Of a stretch of DNA of 32,000 nucleotides, positions 1 to 6,136 are shown piece after piece. Below the pieces are notes generated by a model that had not been told where the DNA came from, made no database searches, and worked only from the letters and a program-made list of their open reading frames with translations. A program made the translations under genes and the position numbers. This DNA is from Ktedonobacterales bacterium. Lineage in GTDB: Bacteria > Chloroflexota > Ktedonobacteria > Ktedonobacterales > JADMIN01. The DNA is taken from assembly GCA_030167145.1 (NCBI GenBank), contig CP126532.1:3090001-3122000 (forward strand). The letters are read 5' to 3'. Each line of letters begins with the position of its first letter. Within the stretch, counting starts at the first letter, position 1.

Positions 1-721
1 CGTTGCCCTGGCTGGCCGTCGCGCGGTCGCCCTGGAAGAGCGTGCGCAGCGAATCAATCAGTGGTCCGACCTCACCACGCACGTCGCGCCGCACATCCAG
101 CGTATCTGCTCGTTCCACGTCATCGAGTGGCGAACGTTCTCCGGACGCGTTGCGTTCCCTGAAGCCGCCAGCGGCTCCGTTGTGCCCATTCAGATTGCCA
201 TTCATCCGCGCTCCCATCTCCGGCCTGGGAAACTCACGCTCTGGCGCGCGGCGGCGTTCGGATGGCGAGAACGGCGTCAGCCCTGGATGCGAGCTGGCGT
301 CTCGCGCACGACCACCGTGGCCGTTGCGTCCACTGCTATATCCATTATGCATGTGTTCATGAGTGTCTGAAGTATCCGGCATGGACGATGGTGTAGGGGC
401 AGGCGCTAGAGGTTCGGCCTGGTCGGGAGTATCCGCGGCGGCAAGACCTACCGGCTCCGGATCCGCTGGCACAGATGGCGCGGCTGGTGGCGCTTCCGCA
501 ATCGCCAGGGGCGCGGCTGGCGCGGCTTCGGTGAGCGTAACCTCAGTTGGCGCGGCTGCTGCTGGCGCGACAGGCGTTTCGCTGGCGCGCCTGGCCTGGC
601 CATGCGCTACCGGCTGGCTATTCTGGCTCCGTTCGCCAGGGGAACGCTGCGGTCCATTGCGGCCCCGGCGGGCATTGCCGCGCTTATCACGATTCTTATG
701 TGCATTACCCACGTTGGTCAT
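1..721 (-). CDS. hypothetical protein, N-terminal part only (ORF leaves the window at the left edge)
   Basis: Hand translation of the minus strand from ATG (721-719) gives 240 codons with no stop down to position 1 (MTNVGNAHKNRDKRGNARRG...GPLIDSLRTLFQGDRATASQGN). It is absent from the ORF track because it has no stop inside the window. The N-terminus is Pro/Ala/Glu-rich low complexity. Alternative in-frame GTG starts lie at 763-761 and 775-773, with an in-frame stop near 826-824. No family recognised. Plus-strand ORFs here (3..362, 363..971) look like antisense junk. Confidence 0.4.
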   Translation of the reverse strand, partial: MTNVGNAHKNRDKRGNARRGRNGPQRSPGERSQNSQPVAHGQARRASETPVAPAAAAPTEVTLTEAAPAAPLAIAEAPPAAPSVPADPEPVGLAAADTPDQAEPLAPAPTPSSMPDTSDTHEHMHNGYSSGRNGHGGRARDASSHPGLTPFSPSERRRAPEREFPRPEMGARMNGNLNGHNGAAGGFRERNASGERSPLDDVERADTLDVRRDVRGEVGPLIDSLRTLFQGDRATASQGN

Positions 722-1009
722 CCTCTCAGTTTTGACGGCCGATACGCTCGTTGCAATGTCCACATCCGCCCCCACATGCGCGCGTCTCGTCCCTGCGCCA
801 GTATACCCAGGCGACCGGCCTACCTATCACATCCCAGCGCAGCGGACGAAAGAGAGCTTCTCCCGTCCACCGCGCCGATCAGCGCCTATGCGCGTCAATG
901 TCTCATTATATCTCTCGGACGAGTCGTCAGTATGCGAGGTACCGTCATTTGCGCATCATTTCTTTCTATAGGTGTGATGCCCATGGGTGGAGCGTTGTCC
1001 GGCGAACAA

Positions 1010-1099
1010 TTTTCGCCGTTTTCGCCGCAATTTTGAGCTGTGGCAGTTGCCGGAGTTGCTGGTTCTTTGAGTTTGCATTCTCTTTGCCGTTTTCGCCGC
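1010..1099 (-). repeat. reverse-orientation copies of short motifs that recur right of the island: GCGGCGAAAACGGCGAAAA (1010-1028, 19/19), CGGCAACTGCCA (1041-1052), GCGGCGAAAACGGC (1086-1099)
   Basis: Direct reverse-complement comparison with 5093-5111, 5305-5323 and 5138-5149. Confidence 0.8.
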
Positions 1100-1431
1100 A
1101 GCCTCGGCTGTATTGCGGATCTACAAAAATAGGACGGACATAGCGCGAGCGAGCGGTTCATACCGCGCCTGAATGGCGTGTCGCCGCGAAACCCGCCTGC
1201 GCGGGTTGGGAAGAGAGTGGTGTCCGCACCAATGAGTAAAAGTGCATCGTGGCCGAGCGCGCGTCTACCGGTTTCATGCCATATGCCTCCCCTGGTAGCC
1301 ATCCCTTTGCCTGGTCTGCTACACTAATCGCGCGCAGGCCTTTATGGATCGTGGTATCAAGTAGAATCACGTTCGCTTTCTAGCTCATCGCAGTCACCAG
1401 CAAGATAGATACACTCGAAAGGAGAAGCTGA

Positions 1432-2364
1432 ATGACTGACATCAAGCTCTTCCGCATTGGACAAAATCAAGTCTGCGAACTCGCAGGCCAATCGGTTGCC
1501 ATTGAGAAAACGCTTCAGGAGATTATGGAGCGCCATCTTGATGCACTGCTAGGCGTCCGCTTTCTCGCCTCCGAGTATAGCACTGGCAAAGTGCATGGGG
1601 GGCGTATAGATACCCTTGGTATTGACGAAAATGGCAGCCCTGTTATAGTTGAATACAAGCGTGCATCGAACCAGAACGTGATCAATCAAGGCCTATTCTA
1701 TCTCGACTGGCTTTTGGATCACCACAAAGACTTCGAAATGTTAGTGTTGAAGCGCTTCGGACCTACAGCCGAAGAAGGCGTTGATTGGCGCTATCCGCGC
1801 CTGCTCTGTATCGCGGGCGATTTCACCAAATACGATGAGAAGGCAGTCCAGCAGATTCCGCGAAATATCGAGTTGATCCGCTACAAACGCTATGGCAATG
1901 ACCTTCTTCTGCTCGATCTGGTGAATTCCATCACCGAGCAGCCTCTCGAAGAACGCAATGTCCAGAACGGCGCCCTTAAATCGAAGCACCTCTCTAGCGA
2001 GCGCCCAAGCCGAACTGTCTCTGATCTCCTCGTTGCGGCTAGTATCGACCAGCAGGACCGTTACGAGGCGATCAAAGCGTTTCTACTAGCCCTCGGTGAC
2101 GATGTCCAGGTAAAAACCCTCGCCTACTACTTCGCGTTTCGCCGGATCAAGAACTTCGCATGTGTCGAGATTCATCCTCAGGCGAAGACCATCCTCGTGT
2201 ACGTCAAAGGTGACCCAGATATGCTCACATTGGATCCTGGCTTCACGCGCGATGTCCGCAAGATTGGTCACTTCGGCACCGGCGACTTGGAAATCACTAT
2301 ACGCAGTGACGCCGACTTTGAGCGTGCCCAGCCATTGTTATTGCGGAGCTATGAACAAAGCTGA
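1432..2364 (+). CDS. PD-(D/E)xK nuclease of the NucS/DUF91 type with a DUF5655-like C-terminal domain
   Basis: 310-codon ORF with AAGGAG 7 nt upstream of the ATG. The N-terminal half carries GRIDTLGIDENGSPVIVEYK (D...E-x-K) followed by NQGLFYLDWL, the pattern of NucS/DUF91-like endonucleases. The C-terminal ~110 aa (YYFAFRRIKNFACVEIHPQAKTILVYVK...IGHFGTGDLEITIRS...AQPLLLRSY) matches my memory of the DUF5655 module. Lower GC than the flanks. Family assignment is from recognition, not a search. Confidence 0.85.
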   Translation: MTDIKLFRIGQNQVCELAGQSVAIEKTLQEIMERHLDALLGVRFLASEYSTGKVHGGRIDTLGIDENGSPVIVEYKRASNQNVINQGLFYLDWLLDHHKDFEMLVLKRFGPTAEEGVDWRYPRLLCIAGDFTKYDEKAVQQIPRNIELIRYKRYGNDLLLLDLVNSITEQPLEERNVQNGALKSKHLSSERPSRTVSDLLVAASIDQQDRYEAIKAFLLALGDDVQVKTLAYYFAFRRIKNFACVEIHPQAKTILVYVKGDPDMLTLDPGFTRDVRKIGHFGTGDLEITIRSDADFERAQPLLLRSYEQS

Positions 2365-2487
2365 ATCCATATACCACGTTCATCCATCACCGTAGAAATG
2401 ATGTCTACACTGCTCGCCAGCAGCTGTGGCAAGGCAGATGGATGCGCGGGTGGTGATAGAGAGTAAGAGAAGAGAAAGGTTGCTGGG

Positions 2488-3177
2488 ATGGACAGTGCGG
2501 CATGGGAGAGGCTTTGGCGGGAACTGGACAAAATTCGAACCTATGGTAGACAGCTTGACATTCAGACTGCGCTTGCGGCTGCACGCGAAGCCAATGTAGA
2601 CCTCAGCCTCGACGATCTGCATTTACTCATTCAAAAGATGCCACGGTTAGTTCACCAGTCACTTCCCATCTGCCCACCTGCCATCGCGCGATTTGTGTCC
2701 GATTATCTCAAAGGCGCAAAGGTAGATTCAATCCTGGACCCCCAAGCCGATAGCCTTCTACTCGCCTCATTGGCTGTCGCGACTACTGTTGCAGACGTGC
2801 GTGGATATATTCGTTCTCACGACGCGCTTGCGCTTGCCAATGCGCTTTATATCGGGCAGACGATTAGTTGGCACCATGCCAACTTTCTCCATACTTCAAT
2901 GCAGTCCTCAGAACAGTTTGATGTAGTTGCTTCTTGCCTGTCGTTTGGTATGAAGCCGATGAACGCTTCATTTTCGTCGCCAGAGGGAGAGGTGAATGTC
3001 CGCGACAATGAGGAGTATATCCTTCTACTGAAATCTTGTTTGCATCTCAAGCCACATGGCGTCGCATTCTTTGTAGTGTTTAATGGTTTCTTTTTTTGCT
3101 CGCGGTTCAAGCAGTGTATACAATGCCCTTCCACAATTCGGTTTGTATGTAGATGCTGCCATGAGCGTGCCCAATGA
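2488..3177 (+). CDS. 5' portion of a frameshifted gamma-class N6-adenine DNA methyltransferase-like gene (motifs I and IV degenerate)
   Basis: The layout follows N6_Mtase order. It has LPICPPAIARFVSDYL...SILDPQADSLLL (motif I position, DP kept, Gly loop lost), FDVVASCLSFG (NPPF position reads CLSF) and LLKSCLHLKPHGVAFFVVFNGFF (LKPGG-type motif). The frame-1 tail after the T7 run (CSRFKQCIQCPSTIRFVCRCCHERAQ*) looks non-native. Confidence 0.75.
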   Translation: MDSAAWERLWRELDKIRTYGRQLDIQTALAAAREANVDLSLDDLHLLIQKMPRLVHQSLPICPPAIARFVSDYLKGAKVDSILDPQADSLLLASLAVATTVADVRGYIRSHDALALANALYIGQTISWHHANFLHTSMQSSEQFDVVASCLSFGMKPMNASFSSPEGEVNVRDNEEYILLLKSCLHLKPHGVAFFVVFNGFFFCSRFKQCIQCPSTIRFVCRCCHERAQ

Positions 3178-4804
3178 TGTCTTTAGTCCCCTCATATCAG
3201 TTCCCACCACCCTCGTGGCGATACGGCATGGGACGGCGGAACGGATCTTTGTTGGTGAGCTATCCAACGACCATCAGCGGAATCAGGTGCTGCTTCAGAA
3301 CTTGAAGGCCCACAGACCTGGTGCTGAGCCAGCCCTTGGCATCAGCGTGAAGGCGTCCGAATATCGTGGGTACGAAGCACTTGTGGCAGGGTTTCGCGCG
3401 CGGGAACTGGCTCGTTCGCATGGTGTTCCGCCAATCAAGCTGAGCGAGATCACGCGCGAGATTAACTTCACGAACGCCACAGATTATCCACATTCTGACG
3501 AGAAGGATAATGTGGTGTACCTACCTCTACTCGGCTTCGGCAGCGCCGTGACCTCGCTCCCGCTGGAGACACAAAAACACTCATCCAGCTACGCGCAACT
3601 CGTTCTCGATCCCGAAAAGGCTGTTGCAGACTACATCGCCAAATATTTGAACACGCGGCTGGGCACGGAAACGCGACGCCAGATAGCAATGGGCACGACC
3701 AGGCCTCGCCTAGATAAGCAATTGATTGGCGAATTGCAGGTGTATATCCCTGATCACGATACCCAGCTTGCGACCGTAGAGACCGACACAAAAATTGAAA
3801 CCCTGGTCAATGAGCTTCGGGAAATGCAGGAACGTGCATGGGCACAACCTCGGCGGTTAACGGAGATCCAGAAAAACTTGATAGCTGTCAATCACGAGGA
3901 GAGATTCCAGGATTGGCTGGATACTTTGCCTTTTCCGCTGGCTTCTATTCTCTGGACATATCATACACTTGGCAACGATGCTCAGCGGCGCTATGAGCGT
4001 CTGCTCCACTTCTTCGAAGCTCTCGCCGAATTTCTAGCTGCAGTACTCGTTAGCGGCTTTCGCATGGATGCGGAGTTTTTTGAGGGCAGGAAGACCGTTC
4101 TGAAGACCGTCGTAACGCCACAAAGTTTCGAGAAAAGCGCATTTGGCACCTGGGTGCGCATCGCCGAGAATCTGGCAAGCGAGGGACGCGCTTTGCTGAA
4201 TGGAGAGCCTGAAATACAAGCTCGATGTCTACGCATGTTCAGAGTAGGCGAGAGCAATCGTGAAATGCTAACAATGCTTTTTGAGAGCAGGATAATCGGC
4301 AAGCTCCAGGAGGCAAACAAGATAAGAAATGTATGGATGGGCCATACCGGAATTGTTGGTTCTTCTAATGCTCGCGAACGCTTGGCTATTCTTGAACGTT
4401 TGCTAGCTGATGTTCGCACAGTGTTCGGCACGCGATGGCAAAGTTACAAACTGCTAAAAACAGGAACAGCGTCACTTCGAGAAGGAGTCTACAGACATCA
4501 GGTTGAAATGATTGTGGGTACCCGAACACCCTTCGAGCAGGCAGAGGTATTGACCGATGAGATGATGGAAGATAGTCAGCTTTATCTCCTCAGCGTGGGT
4601 GAGCGTAAACCGTTACGGCTATTTCCTCTGGTTAAGGTCATGCCTTCTCCAAAGACCGCCGCTAATGCCTGCTATTTCTACAATCGCATGGAAGGTACGA
4701 AAGGATTGCGTTTTGTCTCCTATCACTTTGAGCAGGATGCGGATATTACCGATGGCTTCCCCGATACAGCCGATGCGCTGCGACAACTCATGGCAGATGA
4801 TTGA
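3083..4804 (+). CDS. 3' portion of the same gene: end of the MTase fold, HsdS-like target-recognition/conserved region, helical HEPN-like domain, C-terminal beta-rich domain
   Basis: From the T7 run, frame 2 continues the MTase fold (ARGSSSVYNALPQFGLYVDAAMSVPNDVFSPLISVPTTLVAIRHG, i.e. R..L...vdaVi.LP..vF...v.t.ilv). An S-subunit-like block follows (VADYIAKYLNTRLG...GTTRPRLDKQLIGELQVYIPDHDTQLATVETDTKIETLVNELREMQ). Next come helices (LPFPLASILWTY...RRYERLLHFFEALAEFLAAVLVSGF) and IRNVWMGHTG (Rx5H). The frame stays open for 573 codons. Confidence 0.8.
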   Translation: MVSFFARGSSSVYNALPQFGLYVDAAMSVPNDVFSPLISVPTTLVAIRHGTAERIFVGELSNDHQRNQVLLQNLKAHRPGAEPALGISVKASEYRGYEALVAGFRARELARSHGVPPIKLSEITREINFTNATDYPHSDEKDNVVYLPLLGFGSAVTSLPLETQKHSSSYAQLVLDPEKAVADYIAKYLNTRLGTETRRQIAMGTTRPRLDKQLIGELQVYIPDHDTQLATVETDTKIETLVNELREMQERAWAQPRRLTEIQKNLIAVNHEERFQDWLDTLPFPLASILWTYHTLGNDAQRRYERLLHFFEALAEFLAAVLVSGFRMDAEFFEGRKTVLKTVVTPQSFEKSAFGTWVRIAENLASEGRALLNGEPEIQARCLRMFRVGESNREMLTMLFESRIIGKLQEANKIRNVWMGHTGIVGSSNARERLAILERLLADVRTVFGTRWQSYKLLKTGTASLREGVYRHQVEMIVGTRTPFEQAEVLTDEMMEDSQLYLLSVGERKPLRLFPLVKVMPSPKTAANACYFYNRMEGTKGLRFVSYHFEQDADITDGFPDTADALRQLMADD

Positions 4805-4922
4805 GGAAGCATCAGACACTATGGACATCTGCTGGACGCAAGTTCCAAGCCACTATTGAATCTGCCCTGCTTGCCGGTACTCCCAGCGCCCCAGCCACCC
4901 CGCCTCACCCTACGCCGCCCAC

Positions 4923-4951
4923 TTGAGAAAATCGAACGTATGTCCTATACT
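4923..4951 (+). promoter_or_regulatory. sigma-70-type promoter TTGAGA-17nt-TATACT firing rightward into the non-coding repeat region
   Basis: -35 TTGAGA at 4923-4928 (5/6 to TTGACA), a 17-nt spacer, and -10 TATACT at 4946-4951. The same TATACT -10 recurs in the predicted comEA and rpoB promoters. Motif-only evidence. Confidence 0.45.
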
Positions 4952-4993
4952 ACCTATTGACTCATATCATCATCGGTAAGCCTGAGAACACGG

Positions 4994-5026
4994 CGCCGCT
5001 CTCCATCCGCACATGGAGCAGCGGCG
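4994..5026 (+). other. strong stem-loop (~13 bp stem with a single C bulge) just downstream of the predicted transcription start
   Basis: CGCCGCTCTCCAT (4994-5006), loop CCGCAC, then ATGGAG-C-AGCGGCG (5013-5026). Confidence 0.6.
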
Positions 5027-5052
5027 TCCCTCATTCACCGGCTACGTGCTCT

Positions 5053-5089
5053 CCCTTTCCCTGCGAGGGAAGGGGCTGGGGGTTAGGTG
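5053..5089 (+). repeat. REP-like hairpin module CCCTTTCCCT-GCG-AGGGAAGGGG followed by CTGGGGGTTAGGTG
   Basis: 10-bp stem (one U-G pair) at 5053-5062/5066-5075. A near-identical module lies at 7854-7897. Confidence 0.8.
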
Positions 5090-5092
5090 ATT

Positions 5093-5323
5093 GCGGCGAA
5101 AACGGCGAAAAATGCGAAATCAAAATATCGGCCACATCGGCAACTGCCATCATCGGCAACTGCGAACAGCGACCACATCAGTTGCTGCTCTTTGTACCGC
5201 TGGCGTCCCGCCAGCCTCTCTATCGGTGGGGCGGACATTCCTGTCTGCCAGCATGCGAAAATCGGCAGAATCGGCAACTCTAGCAACTGCTTCGATGCGA
5301 AATCGCGGCGAAAACGGCGAAAA
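5093..5323 (+). repeat. forward copies of GCGGCGAAAACGGCGAAAA (5093-5111 and 5305-5323), each itself a CGGCGAAAA 9-mer tandem
   Basis: Exact 19-nt identity between the two copies and with the reverse complement of 1010-1028. Confidence 0.85.
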
Positions 5324-5816
5324 TTATCCGGACAGTGCCCATCATCTCCGGTCACATCCCCTCAACATTGCGGCCAAATCGGCCAAATCGGCCACTCTGG
5401 CAATCGCGAAAATCGGCAGAATCGGCAACTGCCTATACGCGCACATCGGCCATTCCGGCCACTCCTCTTCATCGAGATTATCCGTGGCATTCATGCCGAG
5501 AGGCCGCTACATCACATCACTCACCCTCTGCGCAAAATCCAAAAATCGGCCAAATCGGCCACTGGCCATTACGTGCAAATCGGCCATTGCGGCCACTCTG
5601 GCAACTGCAAAAAATCGGCCAAATCGGCCACTCCGGCCACTCCGGCCACTGTTTCCCTCACCTCGCCACTGCCGCAAACGAGATTACCCGCGGCCTTCAG
5701 GCCGGGAGTCTCCTTTATTGCCAATCTTGCCCAGCGCGCCGAATCTCAAAAATCGGCAGAATCGGCAACTGTACCTGTACCGCCAGCGTCCCGCCCGCAA
5801 TTGCGGCCACATCGGC
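5127..5816 (+). repeat. array of 18 same-strand ATCGGC(A/C) cores, nested in 9-nt tandem units and in longer repeated units
   Basis: Hand-located cores start at 5127, 5136, 5152, 5261, 5270, 5378, 5387, 5412, 5421, 5445, 5545, 5554, 5579, 5614, 5623, 5752, 5761 and 5811. The 25-nt unit GCGAAAATCGGCAGAATCGGCAACT occurs at 5255-5279 and 5406-5430, with 22 nt of it at 5749-5770. The 21-nt unit AAATCGGCCAAATCGGCCACT occurs at 5376-5396, 5543-5563 and 5612-5632. ACTCCGGCC is tandemly repeated at 5630-5650. No credible ORF. Confidence 0.85.
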
Positions 5817-6136
5817 CACAGGGCATGCATGCCCTCGCCATTGTGCTCCGGCCATGTATGGCCGAGAGCGGGAATGCCGTGCTCCGGCCATTTATGGCCG
5901 AGGCCGCCCCTCCGACATCTCTGGAGCGCGGCGGTGTACAATACAATCGCTATGCATCCCGTCGAGGCGTCCGGTGGACGAGCGGAGCGAAGTCCCTCCG
6001 AGCCGTTCCGAGGAGGGCGCCCGCCACCTGCCGCGCAGGGCAACGCTGCCCATCGCGCTTCGTGTTCGCTTCGTGTTCGCGCACCGCGCCGCTGGCAGCG
6101 TCAGGCCAGGGCCGCGCGCAAAGGAGATCTCCACCT

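Noticed and set aside
895-1302. 135-aa minus-strand ORF left of the island
   Set aside because: It runs through the repeat motifs (ATPATATAQNCGENGENC is the translation of the inverted GCGGCGAAAACGGCGAAAA/CGGCAACTGCCA copies) and has an Arg/Cys-rich, non-protein-like composition.
1158-1370. 70-aa minus-strand ORF divergent from the nuclease gene (MILLDTTIHKGL...), whose first residues recall a PIN-domain N-terminus
   Set aside because: Only the ILLDT pentapeptide is suggestive, and the rest does not follow a PIN or any regulator pattern. It has a GTG start with no clear Shine-Dalgarno. It is kept only as a possible remnant.
2518-2550. GGTTCGAAT string on the minus strand (around 2527-2535) resembling a tRNA T-loop, and GCGGTTCATACCGC at ~1153-1166, checked as possible tRNA or att sites at the island border
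   Set aside because: No complementary T-stem, acceptor stem or anticodon arm can be drawn around either. The first lies inside a well-supported CDS.
1432-4804. Transposase, integrase or recombinase that would make the island an autonomous mobile element
   Set aside because: None of the ORFs in or next to the cassette shows DDE, tyrosine- or serine-recombinase motifs. Mobility is therefore only suggested by composition and the flanking inverted motifs.
5597-5612. TGGCA-containing strings (TGGCAACTGCAAAAA at ~5598, TGGCAATCGCG at ~5398, TGGCAGCGTCAGGCC at ~6093), checked as sigma-54 promoters for pruA (rocA-type genes are often sigma-54 dependent)
   Set aside because: The spacing between the GG and GC elements is wrong, and no TTGC -12 element is present.
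5093-5816. Possible CRISPR array
   Set aside because: The repeat units are 9-25 nt rather than ~28-37 nt. Spacing is irregular (69-343 nt). The repeats are nested tandems with no uniform spacers, and no cas genes are nearby.
5087-6136. The 876-aa ORF 5087..7717 and the overlapping long ORFs 5091..6284 and 5335..6261
   Set aside because: Their upstream parts are translations of the short tandem repeats (KSAKSAT, IGQIGH, RKRRK), open in several frames at once. Recognisable P5C dehydrogenase sequence, with an AAGGAG Shine-Dalgarno, begins only at ATG 6137.
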